Below, piece after piece: positions 1 to 12,816 of a DNA stretch of 64,000 nt. A model generated the notes under the pieces. The model was not told the DNA's origin. It saw only the letters and a program-made list of their open reading frames with translations, and made no database searches. The position numbers and the translations under genes were made by a program. The first letter of the stretch is position 1. Each line of letters starts with the position of its first letter. Source of the stretch: Flaccisagitta enflata (lineage: Eukaryota); assembly GCA_965153355.1 (NCBI GenBank), contig OZ231126.1, positions 7,874,001 to 7,938,000 on the forward strand, in the 5' to 3' direction.

Positions 1-1715
1 CATTTACCTTCGTCGTCGATGACGGTGAAAGGCGCCGAAGGTACAACGAACATTTGACCTGGTCCTCCGAAGACTTTCTCGAACGAAATGACAGAGAGGG
101 GGCATTCGCAAGCGCCATCAGGAAATCCGTCGGTCTCGGTCTTACTAGAGGTCGAGGTCATTGACTTTTTCCGCGATTGCCCTTCTTGCGCGTAAGTATT
201 GCCAAAAACAGCCACACACGGGGAGTAATTGAGGTAACAAGCGCCGACTCCCGAAACCTCGAAATTGGGACAACGGCAGTCCCAACAATTTACTTCCGCT
301 ACATTTCTTTGGGGTTCTATAGTTGACTCCATTCCGCTTTCTTCCACCAATTCCTCCTCTTCGTCGTCGTTTTTCTGTGAGAAATCGTGACCCAATCGCA
401 CAATCGGAAGATGGTAAGAGTTAACTCTCGTATAAGACGGTACCAGAAACTGCAGAAAGCGAGCATTCACTTCTGTCGTGCTCTTGGCCTTGTCGCGATA
501 TTTTTCATGTTTAACCCAACGGTCTTCAATGAATGAATAATCGTATCGGGAATGAGTGGGAATCCTGTCCCCTTCTTGTACACCGCGGATGCAAAGAAGC
601 TGTTCGCCCCGAACGAGGCTCAATTTGGGATCTCCGTGAAACTTTTCGTTACTTTTCTTTGACGTTGGAAAGTCCAAGTAAAAGTTTTCTCCCGTTTCCG
701 TTTGGTGGCAGACGAACCCCACCGTTTCTCCCGTTTCTCCGACGTCCGGAATGATTAAAAAATTTTGCCTCTCGCGTAAAGCTAAAATTCTTTGCGTAGA
801 AAACGAATCTTCGCCCCAAATGGCGTGAATCTGTTCGAGACCTACTCCATCTAATCTCAAAGAAGCAAGCAGAAGATCAAATTGACTCCTTTCATCAGCT
901 TCCACGCGATTCGGCCGATCAAGCTGCTTCCGGAGCCAAGCGGAGGCGATTTTGAAGGTAGTAGAATCGTACCAAGGCCTATCAAATAGGGGGTCGTCAA
1001 GGAAATTAAATATGCCTTGATAGTCTAAATCGAGAACTTTCGAGAAGGTTAATTGGTCTATGGTCACTTGACGGGCAAGGTAATGGAGCTCCTCCTCGAC
1101 AGCTTCCTTGACACGCTTGTAAGCGTCGAGGGATTCAGCGATGGAATACTCGCGGCAAAGGATCCACACTTCAATCCACGTCTCGAACCTCTTTATGTAA
1201 TCGCGTACATCCCCGCTTTTTATATCCCACTGATATTTGAGAAAGGAATTTTGCAACTCCTTGATATCGTACTTGTCGGCGAAGAGCAACAAATCGAAGA
1301 AATCGTCTAGGTCGAACTTGCATTTTCCGGCGTAGATGAATTCCATGGCCACCCCAAATACAACTGAGGAATCCTCCTTCATATGAATCTCGTTTTGCTT
1401 CGCTTCCTTCCAGTTGTTAGAGAAAAGATTATCGAAGTAGCTGGAAGAACTGGCTAGAAAGGCCCGGTGGCATGAAAACTGTTGGCCGTCGTCGAACTTG
1501 AACTTGACATCAACGTATTTGCCCTCTCTCCAGAATTCGCAGAACATTTTATCTCTTTTCGTCGAGGAATCTGGCTTCCTTATCTTGTCACTCAGGTAAT
1601 CCTCGCAGTATTCGCAATCCACACGCCTGACCGTGACCCTTATTCCCGAACGCGATGTTGAAGTTGAAGGCGAAGCTTCGACGCCCTCGTTGTTAGCGCT
1701 GCCCGATCTCGACAT
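1..1715 (-). CDS. BTB/POZ-BACK protein with divergent kelch-like C-terminal region; intronless here, 3' end beyond the left window edge (>571 codons)
   Basis: Manual translation from ATG at 1715: MSRSGSANNEG...FWREGKYVDVKFKFDDGQQFSCHRAFLASSSSYFDNLFSNNWKEAKQNEIHM...AMEFIYAGKCKF...LLLFADKYDIKEL, a typical BTB signature. The frame was open wherever I checked (e.g. YDYSFIEDRW near 520-545, and at 3-60). Its absence from the ORF track fits no stop codon inside the window. The kelch call is tentative. Confidence 0.85.
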   Translation of the reverse strand, partial: MSRSGSANNEGVEASPSTSTSRSGIRVTVRRVDCEYCEDYLSDKIRKPDSSTKRDKMFCEFWREGKYVDVKFKFDDGQQFSCHRAFLASSSSYFDNLFSNNWKEAKQNEIHMKEDSSVVFGVAMEFIYAGKCKFDLDDFFDLLLFADKYDIKELQNSFLKYQWDIKSGDVRDYIKRFETWIEVWILCREYSIAESLDAYKRVKEAVEEELHYLARQVTIDQLTFSKVLDLDYQGIFNFLDDPLFDRPWYDSTTFKIASAWLRKQLDRPNRVEADERSQFDLLLASLRLDGVGLEQIHAIWGEDSFSTQRILALRERQNFLIIPDVGETGETVGFVCHQTETGENFYLDFPTSKKSNEKFHGDPKLSLVRGEQLLCIRGVQEGDRIPTHSRYDYSFIEDRWVKHEKYRDKAKSTTEVNARFLQFLVPSYTRVNSYHLPIVRLGHDFSQKNDDEEEELVEESGMESTIEPQRNVAEVNCWDCRCPNFEVSGVGACYLNYSPCVAVFGNTYAQEGQSRKKSMTSTSSKTETDGFPDGACECPLSVISFEKVFGGPGQMFVVPSAPFTVIDDEGK

Positions 1716-1974
1716 TTCCGATCACTTTAGCTTTACAGTTATTAGGAAAGATAGTTTTGAACAAATTTAGTACGATTTTCTCATGATTGTTGATTGTTAC
1801 TATGATTTATTGTACGCATATGCATTTCTACATTCACCTTAAATTGACTTGAAAAGGAAAGGGCGTCAACATTTTACAAGTCCAAGGCTTAGCAAAGAAA
1901 TAAACAATTACGAAGAGGAAAAAGTGAGGGAGAAAGAAAATTTTGAAGAGGTAGATAAGAAAAAGAGGAAGAAA

Positions 1975-2680
1975 AACAGGTCGCCCAAGGGCAATATGTG
2001 GTCAGCGATACCCGTTGCCCTGCTTTGAGTGATTGTAAATTGGAGTGAGGGGAAGCAGGGCAGCGACCCGAAGGGGGTGAAGTCATGTAGAACACAGGGG
2101 GACTCTTGTTCGTCCTGCCTGAAGAAGTGGATGAGATGCTATAGAGGCCTTCAAGAGCCTAAATTGAGGTCTAAGAAGGCTGATGTAAGGCCTGATAGTG
2201 CCAATCTGAAGGTTGAGGCTTGAGAGAGCTTGATTAAGGCTTGGAAGGTCAGAGGACTGATTTGAAGGCTGAGAGCAATAAATTGAGGCTTAGATAGCTG
2301 ATTTGAGGCCTGAGAGGCCAGGTTTGAGGCCTGAAAATTTGGATTTGAGGCCTGAGAAGCCTAATTTGAGGCCAGAGAGGCCAGATTTGAGGCCCAAGAG
2401 GCCAGATTTGAGGCCTGAGAGGCCAGATTTGAGGCCTGGGAGGCTAGATTTGGGGCCTGAGAGGCCGGATTTGAGGCCTGAGAGGCTGGATTTGAGGCCT
2501 GAGAGGCTGGATTTGAGGCCTGAGAGGCTGGATTTGAGGCCTGAGGCCAGATTTGAGGCCTGAGGGGCCTGATAAAGGGGGGATGAACGGACAGACGAAC
2601 AAACAGACGAACGAATGGACGAATGAAAGTCCCCCTGTGTTCTACAGGACTTTGTCTCCTTCAGGGCCGCTGCCCAAAAA
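1975..2680 (+). mobile_element. Non-autonomous Helentron/DINE-1-like element with internal 21-bp tandem repeats (copy 1)
   Basis: Starts AACAGGTCGCCCAAGGGCAATATG and is closely similar to 52216-52869. Has a ~45-bp asymmetric subterminal inverted repeat (GGGCAGCG..GTAGAACACAGGGG / CCCCTGTGTTCTAC..CGCTGCCC), (GAGGCCTGAGAGGCTGGATTT)n, a GACR-type microsatellite and an A-run end. Confidence 0.7.
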
Positions 2681-3300
2681 GGAAAGTATAGAATCGAGGA
2701 AAGAGAAAGAAAAGACTGTATAAAAGCTCATTGCATAGAAGTTCATTGTCCCTTTTACAAGGCAATTAGATCGTATGGAATATTGCTGGTTCATTACTAT
2801 ATATCTAGCTTAAAGTTAAAGGAACGAGTTTCTAGATTAATCTGTTTTGGTTTTGATTTTTCCCCCGATAAGAATAAGCGCTCTGTACAGTCATTGATCA
2901 CCATGTGCGGTCACCTGGAAGGGCGGAAGGGCTTTATTTAAGAGAATAAATAGTCTAAGAAACAAAAAAATCGCGATTTCAATTGATTTTGGATTAAAGG
3001 CGCATTGAGTTTGGGAATGACGATTGAGAGAAAAAGTAGAGAGGGCGATTCAGACAGAGATATTCCTTTAGAAAATGCATTAGCAAATGCGGAGCTCTGA
3101 TAATTCACAGTCAATCTCTCATACCATAGTCTGTATATTATTCTGGTAGTCAGCGTTCTCGTCGACACTCTCGTCAAGACTTCTAGTTTCTCCATATACT
3201 CAAACTGTTCTATTTTCTCATCACTTTTTTTAGATTTTTACTTCTCCGCCAATGGCAGTGCTTATGCCATTTACAAATCCGATACCTTCTCTCATCACTC

Positions 3301-3396
<96 letters not shown>

Positions 3397-3427
3397 GGTG
3401 GTGGTGGTTGTGGTTGTTGTCGTTGTT
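3301..3427. repeat. (GTT)n microsatellite in the putative HMGCR 3' UTR
   Basis: Directly visible; explains the poly-N and poly-L ORFs. Confidence 0.97.
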
Positions 3428-3444
3428 ATATTTCCCTTCATCCC

Positions 3445-4020
3445 TCACTTATCGGCGTCTGCTTTCAAATTAGCCGACGATCTGTTGAGTCTCAAATGAC
3501 TATTGACCAACTGTCCCGCCGCCAGCGCCGCCATCAGCGACAACTCTCCGGCCATTACCGTCGCCGCCACCACCGTCGCCAAACGTTCGGCCTTTTTACC
3601 CGGTTCCGACAAACAGTCTGTAGCTTCCGTGACTGAATAGTCTCCGGAGCCACATGACGCGGCGCCTCCTCCTTCTGGCCCACCACCGCCTCCTCCTCCT
3701 CCGCCTCCTCCTCCTCCTCCTCCTCCCTCTCGTCCGGCGCCAAGAAGACTCAAGCAGCTTTGTTGCGGCGGCAGACTGGTGCCTCCGCCGACGACGCCGC
3801 ATTCGATGGACGGCATTGTCACAGACACGTACAAGTCCCGACCTTCGTCGCCCGTCAACTCCATGAATGTCAAGCAAGAGGAGGAAGTGCCGGCCTGCGC
3901 GGCGTCTTGACCCGTGGCTAAGAACAACGCCGTGACGATGTTAGCCGCGTGAGCGTTGAATCCTCCGACGGAACCGGCCAATGCGCTGCCAACTAGGTTT
4001 TTGCCCACGTTGAGCTCCAC
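3445..4020 (-). CDS. HMGCR: HMG-CoA reductase (class I), terminal coding exon
   Basis: [42 protein letters not shown]...[24 protein letters not shown]...[28 protein letters not shown]. Catalytic Asp (GQD), catalytic His and the NRS phospho-site motif are present. Acceptor CAG|GTG at 4021/4020, stop at 3445, candidate AATAAA near 2933-2938 (minus). Confidence 0.95.
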   Translation of the reverse strand: MELNVGKNLVGSALAGSVGGFNAHAANIVTALFLATGQDAAQAGTSSSCLTFMELTGDEGRDLYVSVTMPSIECGVVGGGTSLPPQQSCLSLLGAGREGGGGGGGGGGGGGGGGPEGGGAASCGSGDYSVTEATDCLSEPGKKAERLATVVAATVMAGELSLMAALAAGQLVNSHLRLNRSSANLKADADK

Positions 4021-4022
4021 CT

Positions 4023-4030
4023 GTGGGTGT

Positions 4031-4070
<40 letters not shown>

Positions 4071-4073
4071 AGG

Positions 4074-4162
<89 letters not shown>

Positions 4163-4305
4163 AATAGGTGTGTGTAGGTGTGTGTGCGTGTGCATGTGTG
4201 TGAGAGAGAAGGAGTGTGTGTGTATGTGTATGTGTGTGTATGTGTGAAGGGGGTGTGTGTGTGTATGTGTGAAGGGGGTGTGTGTGTGTATAGGTGTGTG
4301 TATAG

Positions 4306-4345
<40 letters not shown>

Positions 4346-4471
4346 GTGTGTGTGCGTGTGCATGTGTGTGAGAGAGGAGTGTGTGTGTATGTGTGGGTGT
4401 GTATGTGTAGGTGTGTGTGTGTAGGTGTGTGTGTGTAGGTGTGTGTGTGTGTGTAGGTGTGTGTGTGTGTG

Positions 4472-4506
<35 letters not shown>
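4023..4506. repeat. Compound (GT)n microsatellite immediately upstream of the HMGCR acceptor
   Basis: Directly visible; source of the HTHT/CVCV ORFs. Confidence 0.97.
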
Positions 4507-4509
<3 letters not shown>

Positions 4510-5769
4510 GGTGTTGGGAAGGGTAGCAGGGTGGCAGATATAGGAGGGACAGATGAGTAATTCACAACCCGACATCGATACATTTTCAGAGATAATTTTT
4601 GAAAGAAGGAAAAGACAGGAAAATACAGAACAACATGAGACAAAGGCACTAGGCAGAAGCAGATAGAGAGACAAAAAGGCAGATAGAGAGGCAGACAGAA
4701 AAGCAGAGGGGGGACCGACTGAAAGATAGAAAAGCAGTTTAATAAAGTTGAATAGATAAACAGAAAGGCTGATAGAGGCAAATGCATAGAGGCAAACGGG
4801 CAAATAGGCAGATTGGCAGGAAATCGAAGGGACGGACATACAACCTCGAGCCGGGTATCTGCTGCCACGAACATATAGTCCAGATACTCAATCTGAAAGA
4901 GGGACCTAGGGAGGGGGGATGCTACCACTGTATCTGAGCCCAGCGCCTAGGTTTCCGCATCAAGCTCTAGCAGGGCAAACCACCAACTTTGGTCTGAAAA
5001 TTTTGGGGTGAAGAGAACCGTTATCAAAGCAGCAGATCAAAGATCCTTGGGCAACTGCTGAAGAATTTCCAAACACCGATCCTGTTGACAGTACCCACAG
5101 GACCAGCAAGAGAAAGGGAGGGCTGGCGGGGAAACACCCACGAGAGGGACGGGGGGTTTGACAGGATTGGGAATCGGTGCAACAGGGGGGAGGGGTTAAG
5201 ATGGCTGATGCACCAGTGTAAGCACTGATCTCCGCTAAACCAATGCTCACCTAAGGGGACATCGGAGATGGCATGTCAAGACTTCCTTCTTATATATTGA
5301 GTCATATTCAGGGACAGTCTAGGATTATCAAGGGTTGTATGCTGTATACCTAGAAGGCAATGAAGGCGGAAAGCAAGTATAGTTATGCGGCCCAAGAGGC
5401 ACCAATTAGATTGTTAATGTTTTAGTGAAAAAAATAAGCAAAATTTTATGTAAATGTGTCTTACTAATATACATATACATTTTTTTTGTGTAATTTTTGT
5501 GGTTAAAATCAGCAAAAAACTGAAAAAATTTTTTTTGTAAAAAAAAAATGAAATTCTCGGATTCGCTCCAAAACCTTATGCAATATAGAGGACCTATACA
5601 GGGGGAGGAATGCTAAAATTTTCTTAGCACTTTAAACGCGAGCCAGCAGCGGCAGCAGAGAAAGCCCATTACATCCGGGGGGACAGACTGACCTATCACA
5701 AGCCTCGCCCACTCCCTCAGGCCAATAGGCTCGCTTCAGCATCACTTTGAAAATGCCGTGCGAAAATCT

Positions 5770-8030
5770 CATGCGAAACGATGCAAAATGATGCGAAATC
5801 ATGCAAAAAAATTTCGCATCGTTTTGCATCGTTTCGCATGGGGTTTTTCATGGATAAAATGGCGTAAAAATTTAGATATCAGTTCTTTATCCGTTTTATA
5901 GGCCTTTTGGGCGTTCCATCAATGTATCTACTAGTCATTTCTTTAATTGCAAAGTACTTTTTTTCCCTTTTTTAGCAAAAAAATTTCGCATCATTTTGCA
6001 TCGTTTCGCATGGGGTTTTTCATGGACAAAATGGCGTAAATATTGAGATATCAGATCTCTATCCGTTTTATGGGCCTTTTGGTCGTTCCATCAATGTATC
6101 TACTAGTCATTTCTTTAATTGCAAAGTACTTTTTTCCCTTTTTTAGCAAAAAAAATTGGCATCAGTTTGCATCATTTCGCATGGGGTTTTTCATAAACAA
6201 AATGGCGTAAACAATAAGATATCAGTTCTTAATCTGTTTTATGGGCCTTTTGGTCGTTCCATCAATGTATCTACTAGTCTATTCTTTAATCGCAAAGTAA
6301 TTTTTTTACCTTTTTTTTAGTGAAAAAAAAAAGTTGCTGAATTGGGTGGGAGTAAAATTTCGCATGGACTTTTTAAGATACAATAAGTGAAAATCATAAA
6401 GAAAATAGTAAATGATCCGTTAACTTGGTCTTTAGGTCGGTCCGTCGGTCTATCAATCAATTAAATCTATTAGCGTAAGATACTTTTTTCCACCTTTTTA
6501 GCGGACAAAGAAACTGATGCTGAAATGAGTTCTTGATCCGTCTTTACATTCCATTAATTTACCCATCCTTCAGTTCTCGCACCACTCAGTCGCTTGCTAC
6601 ATTCATTAACTCGCACCGCTCACTTCATGCATAGGCCACTCGGTTGCTTACTACGTTTGTTCACTCGCACCGCTCACTCCGTTCACAGGCTCACTCATTC
6701 GTGAGGAGTTGAAATTCATATGTTCACTGTTAACGCGTTCAACGGCAACAAAAGCGTTTTTAGTTGCGCCAACGCACCTCTACAACTGGCTGTGTCCGTT
6801 GGTCGGTTGGTTGGTCTGTAACGCATTCGTTCGACGATCCTCACGGCGCACCTTATTGGCCTACTTGGCCTTGTTTCACTGAGTCTGTTGTCTGTTACCT
6901 TCACTGTTTTTTTTTCAAACTGATGCCGACCTTATCAACCTGATACTGCTAAGTTTTAGAACCAATAATGAAGCTCCTCTAGTGCAAATCGGATACATTT
7001 ATAAAGATTTGAAAAATAAGAATGACGACATTACCCAAAACGATGCGAAATGATGCAAAAAAATTTCGCATCATTTTGCATCGTTTCGCATTGGGTTTTT
7101 CATGGACAAAATGACGTAAAAATTGAGATATCGGTTATTGATCAGTTTTATGGGCCTTTTGGTCGTTCCATCAATGTATCTACTAGTTTTTTCTTTGATC
7201 GCAAAGTACTTTTTTTCCCTTTTTTAGCAAAAAAATTTCGCATCATTTTGCATCGTTTCGCATGGGGTTTTTCATGGACAATATGGCGTAAAAAATGAGA
7301 TATCAGTTCTTCATCCGATTTATGGGCCTTTTGGTCGTTCCATCGATGTATCTATTAGTCATTTCTTTTAGCTTAAAGTACTTTTCTCACCTCTTTTAGC
7401 AAAAAAAAAACCGGATTCTAACTGAGTGAGAGTGAAATTTCGCATGGGGTTTTACATGGACAAAATAGCATAAATATTGAGAAATGAGGTCTTGATCAGT
7501 TTTATGAGCCTTTTGGTCGTTCATTCAATGCAACAATTAGTAAGTTCTTTAATCGCTAAGTACTTTTTTAGCAAAAACAAATGCTGAATTAGGTTGGAGC
7601 AAAATTTCGCATGGGCTTTTTGTGATACGAAACATCAAAATCTTTAAGCAAATAGTAAATGATCCGTTAACTTGATCCTTAGGTCGGTCCGTCGGTCTAT
7701 CAATCAAACAAATCTGTTAGGGCAAGATCCTTTTTTAGTTTAAAAAAAATTGATGAAATGGGTGGGAGTAAAATTTCGCATGGGGTTTTTGACATAAAAG
7801 ATTTCAAAATCATCAAATAGTAAATAATCCGTTAACTTGGTCATTAAGTCGGTCAGTCTGTCAGTCTATTTAACAAACAAATCTATTAGCGCAAGACCCT
7901 TTTTTTTTGCTAAAATAAGTGATGCTGAACTGGGTGTGAGTGAGATTTCGCATGGGTTTTCGGGAGAGACAAAAATATTGAGAACATAGTGAAAGTAGTT
8001 GATGATCCGTTAACTTGGTCTTTTGGTCAG
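5770..8030. repeat. ~170-bp tandem (satellite-like) repeat in two blocks (about 5770-6530 and 7035-8030), each headed by a short inverted repeat; degraded copies near 9040-9180 and 9880-10250
   Basis: Unit ATTTCGCATC..TTTCGCATGGGGTTTTTCATGGACAAAATGGCGTAAA..TTTTGGTCGTTCCATCAATGTATCTACTAG recurs at about 5811, 5983, 6155, 7063 and 7235. Hairpin CATGCGAAACGATGCAAAATGATGCGAAAT/ATTTCGCATCGTTTTGCATCGTTTCGCATG at 5770-5840. Confidence 0.85.
6757..6895 (+). mobile_element. Short Helentron/DINE-1-like element, family B (other copies 40827-40943 rev, 49690-49832 rev, 58217-58343)
   Basis: TTTTAG-hairpin (GTGCG..CGCAC)-GTCC/GGTT microsatellite-..GGCCTTGTT; at least four dispersed copies seen. Confidence 0.75.
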
Positions 8031-9463
8031 TCTGGTCACAATAGACCAATTATGTACTGGATAGATGGATGGATGGATGGACTACTCTATTCAATTTAAT
8101 CCCACTTGTTGTTTCCATGCAGGCTCGCGCAAGACACAAAGATGCTCGTGGAATCAATGTGGCGTCCAATCGATACCGGTAAAAGAGTAGGAAAAGGAAA
8201 AACAGAGACATTCCTCCTTTGTCTTCGGAATGTGCTTCGCACGATGGGGAACGAGATGGACTAAAAGGTCTCAACTACAAGATGGCGCCGCTGAATTTAG
8301 TGGCAATGTCAACACTAAGCTGCGCTAATGGCGTGAGCGTTGAATGGTGCCAACGACGATGGCATCACTCTGATAGCGCCAATGGCGGTGGCGCTGAAGT
8401 ACGACCCTCAATTATCGACAAGAAAGGGACATATAAACGGACCTGTGGATTTTGCAGCTCACTAGCGTCACACTCGCGTGTAAGCTTATCTACTCTCCAT
8501 TGACGTTATAACATATTATAGTGTGCGTATAAACTAGTGAAAAAATAACAGAAGAGAAAAAATGTCTTCGATATGCCAAAATTCGACATGAAATCAGTAT
8601 AAAGAAAAAATACGGACTCGCATGCGTTGTTAATTTTCTGAACATGCAAACCACGCCATCTTTGAACTGATTTATTGAATGTTTTTTTTAATAAAAACAC
8701 TCATTGATGTATGTTTGTGGACTTTCTAATTTTATCTGTTATAGTTTGATTACTTTATAGTTACAGACACGCATCTCTAAAAAAGGCTTTGTCCGTCTGT
8801 CGGTCCGTCTGTTGGTACGTGGTGATAAAGTTTCATAGTTTGAAAACGGCATTTCCACCCCTGCCCGACTGTCCCCAACTGGTATTTGACGTTATTCCAA
8901 ACTTGTTATCCTACTTAACAAATAACATGGATCATACAATTATTGTGGACGTGTGGGCGGGGTCAAACCACTCTCATACCATGATCACTACGTTTGCCAG
9001 AGTACGCAGAAAAACTAAAACTAATTCGCAACAGCCTGTGAAATTTTTCATGGTGTTTTTGATTGATAAAATGACTGAATCATTGAGAAAACAGTTATTC
9101 ATCAGTTAACTTGGTCTTTTGGTCGGTCCGTCGTTCTATCAAACAGTGAAATCTATTGGTCCAAGATAATTTATAACTAATATCAATGGAAAAAAAATAA
9201 ACTCTGAACGAGTATGTAGCAACAGTTGTGAAATGTTGATTTTATTTGATGTTAAATAAAAGGCCAAAGGTCTTACATTAAACTTGTGTTTTATTATTGC
9301 ATGGGTGATAAACCCCAATGCTTACAAGTACCCCAAAGGGTACCAATGGACTTGAGGCTCCTGCCTCTGACCCTGTCCATTGACATAAGACTTGTGTTTC
9401 GAATGTGATAAGACTTGTGTTCTTACTGTTATAAAAGACATTATTACAGAACCAATGATATTA

Positions 9464-9830
9464 CAGTGAGAGGGGCAGTCAAAATCGCTAGCACCCCTAC
9501 CTGCAGCCGAAATGGTTTCTACCACACGGACAATAAAGGTGGTGCCCAACAACTTGTCCCAATTCAATTCCCGCCATCGAGGCGATTTTGTATTTTCAAC
9601 CTAGTTATCAAGATACGACCCTTTTTAGGGTAAAAATTAGCCATTTTCTGAGGTGTTGATTTAGCTAGTTAATGACTGATATCTTCAGAACGAGGAGGAA
9701 ATTTGAAAAACGCCTCGATGGCGGGAATAGTATTGGAATAAGCTTAAAGCCAGTACCTCAGTTGTCTCTGTAATATTGTCCATCCAGGCTCTCGGTAGGG
9801 TTGCTAGCGATTTTGCCGCCCCTCTCACTA
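9464..9830. mobile_element. Tc1/mariner-type MITE with long imperfect TIRs
   Basis: TA|CAGTGAGAGGGGC..CAAAATCGCTAGCA..TTCCCGCCATCGAGGCG is mirrored by CGCCTCGATGGCGGGAA..TGCTAGCGATTTTG..GCCCCTCTCACTA|TA. Confidence 0.7.
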
Positions 9831-10764
9831 TATTATCATTGAGACTGTAATTTGGAGTCAATTAATGGATTATCACCTATTTGCATCGTTTCGCTTGGGT
9901 TTTTCCATGGACATATTGGCAAAAATGAAGTGGAATAAGTTTTTGCTCCGTTTCATGGGCCTTTTGATAGCTCGATCAATGTATATGTAAGTCAGTACTT
10001 TTATCCGCCAGTTCTTTTTTCCCCTTTTCTAACACACACAAAAAAAATGAAAAATCTATTAGTGCAAGATACTTTTTGCCCCTCTTTAGCAGAAAAAGTA
10101 ACTGATGCGGAAATTTCGCATGTGATTTATGAAAGCTTCACTTTAAGAAACATTATGAATATAGTTCTCGATCCTATTTCATGCTTTTCTGGTCGGTCTG
10201 TCTGTCTATAAATTTATCATCATCTTTATCGCATGATACTTTTTGGCCCATTTTAATCGATTAATGATAAACTGATGTTAATCGTATGAATCCGTTCTCT
10301 AGCGGTGTCACTTCCGCCACCATCATATCGTCTAATCAAATGCGCTTTTGTCGAGTCTGTCGAAGTTGATGCCAGGTTGCGGGCTTCAAATTCTTCGTCG
10401 ACTTCCGGATTGGTGGTGGCGATGTCCTTCGTAGCCTCTTGAGAGATGGTGATGTTGCGGTTCGAAATACGGTCGCACAGATTTGTCAACTTCTTTTAGT
10501 ACGAGACGAGATCCATGGCGAAAGGAAGAAGACGATGATGATGATGATGATGATTAGATTTTTCGACTTTAGAGATCTGCATCAAGCCGCAATCAACCTG
10601 ACAGGAGATAGGATAGTGCAAAGGCAACGTAAAGTAGAGGCAACAATTACTATAGTTGTTATATGTTAAATAAAATAAATGCTTATTTAATAAGAGTAAT
10701 GTGTCACGGCATCAACCTGAAAAGAAACGTTTGAGATGGGCTTATTCGTAGTATCGGAGTAATG

Positions 10765-10958
10765 ATGTCGTTGCGGACGGGTGGGCAGGGGCATCCAACC
10801 CCCATCCACACCCAAATCCACTTCCAACACTCAAGCATACACAAAAAGTATAAAATACACTCGTTATCCCACATTTCAACTCGATGACCCCGGACCGATG
10901 GTCCAACGGACGGACGGACGGACAAAGCTTCTTATAGAGTTGCGTGTCCGCAACTAAA
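10765..10958 (-). mobile_element. Helentron/DINE-1-like element, family A
   Basis: Ends TATAGAGTTGCGTGTCCGCAACTAAA (terminal hairpin), has a GACG microsatellite and a CGGGTGGGCAGGGGC core shared with many copies in the window. Confidence 0.75.
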
Positions 10959-11045
10959 CACATTGACTGACCTGTTATTTCTTTCTCTGGGTCATTGGTC
11001 AGTCTGTCAGTCTATCAATAACTAATTCCTGTAAGTATAAGGTAG

Positions 11046-11330
11046 TTTTTAGATGCGTCCGTCAGGAACGCATCTCTATAAGGGTGTCTGTCCGTCGGTC
11101 GGTCGGTCTGTCCGTCCGTCGGTCCATCCGTCACACCTGTGCAAAAAACGTGTTTCTTGGCTGTTTTTGGCCAAGGTGATATCCTACACTGGAACAAATG
11201 ATTAACCAACATATTTTGAGACTCTTTCCACCCGTCTGTTAGTCCATCTGTCTGTCCATACATATATGTCACATGATCAATACATGCTGAGACACAGCCC
11301 GGACGCATCGTTGCCCCGTCGGGCTTGTTT
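11046..11330 (+). mobile_element. Helentron/DINE-1-like element, family C
   Basis: TTTTTAGATGCGT..ACGCATCT hairpin, GTCC microsatellite, ends GGGCTTGTT; same architecture as families A and B. Confidence 0.65.
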
Positions 11331-12099
11331 GCTCCTCATTTAGCCAAAACATAAAATTAAGATGACAGAATGTGAATGATATCGAGTTGCCATGATCATA
11401 CGTGGACAGTATGGATTTTCGAGGTCTTTAGGTCAATCCGTCTGTCAATCAAAAAAGAAAACTAACTGGGCTGAAACTTTTACGGTGATGCTGATAATCC
11501 CGGGGACAATCGTAATAATGGCGATGATGCTGATATTCTCTTGACCAATCATAATTATGCCGGTGATGCTGAAATTTCCTAGCCTAATCATAATTATGCC
11601 GGTGATGCTGATATGTGCTGGACCAATCGTGAGGCTTGTCTTATTGGCCAATCAGATTGAAATCGCCAAAATTAATGTTCATCGACGAATTTCGTTTTAT
11701 AATTATACATATTCTTTTTTTTCAAAGAAAATTGGCACGATTGGTAAATTATCAGTACATTAACAAATTCCCTTGGTTCTCTTATTGCTTCAAGTATTTT
11801 TTTGGATAAAAAAACTTAAGTAAACTATTTTTAAGTTTTATCATAAACTAAATTCGTTTAAGATAACCATATTTTCGTGGATCAGCATTTCGTCACATTG
11901 TGTCCAATTTATATTTGATCACGTAAATTATTTTTTGCAACAATAAAACTTTTACAAAAATTAAAAAATTTCAATAAAAGGAATATTACTCGTTTTCATG
12001 TATTTTATCCGTTGTTTCTGCAAATGGAAGAGTATATCACATATATAGCAATAGATCGTTAAAACAATCTCTTAGCAATGTGTTGTTTCAATGAATAAG

Positions 12100-12673
12100 A
12101 GTACAGCAGCAGAAATTTCAATGAATAGATATAGAACATTCAATAATAGAGATCAATCAATAAGGCACAAGGACGCATAATCGGAATAATAAGGCACAAG
12201 TTACGGTACCATATGGGTAAGATCACGGAAGCTAGGCATAATCGATAAATCCCAGGCAAGTCAAGACAAACAGCAACACCGCGCCTCATATCTCCTGTTG
12301 CCCGCGCTGTGGATCACTGCAATCCCGCCCACACACCCGACACCCAACCACCTCGCACCTGAACCCCCCGTACCTAGCCAGGAACCCCCCCCCCTTGACT
12401 CCCTCTTGAAGGCCGCCAACGAGCCCCGCCCCCTCTGAGCCTCCGGCAACGTTGCCCACTCCTTGGGCACCCTGTACCCCACCGACCTGTGGTCCCTAGT
12501 AGCCAGATAAATACCCGCCCTTGCTGACCTTGTCCCATACCCATGGACCCCTCAATCCTGCCCGGCATAGCTGCCTGGTTTTCTGGTAGCCGGCCATTCC
12601 AGAAACGCCAGGCGTGGACCCTGAGTTGTTGCCTGTACAGGTCCTCAACCTTAAGCATGCCATGCCATGCCAA
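12100..12673 (-). mobile_element. 5'-truncated, frameshifted non-LTR retrotransposon 3' end (CR1/L2-group ORF2 C-terminus)
   Basis: Overlapping minus frames LKVEDLYRQQLRVHAWRFWNGRLP and GYRVPKEWATLPEAQRGRGSLAAFKRE resemble the conserved post-RT tail of CR1/L2-like LINEs. The segment is a GC-rich island. The left boundary is approximate. Confidence 0.7.
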
Positions 12674-12816
12674 ATTCAGTCAGCTAGTAAAAGAGAATAA
12701 ATGTGTATTTCGAATTACGTTATCATTACTGATTTTACCCCCTCAATCATGTTTCGGTAATACAACGCTTATCGTTTCTAATTATTAGGGCTAATTCCAT
12801 GATAATCAGTTTCAAA

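Noticed and set aside
2303..2563. RPERLDL repeat protein (also 52590-52880)
   Set aside because: Translation of a 21-bp tandem repeat inside a dispersed element.
4021..4928. N-terminal parts of the 464-aa and 311-aa ORFs
   Set aside because: These are read-through of the (CA)n tract; only the part after the acceptor at 4020 is HMGCR.
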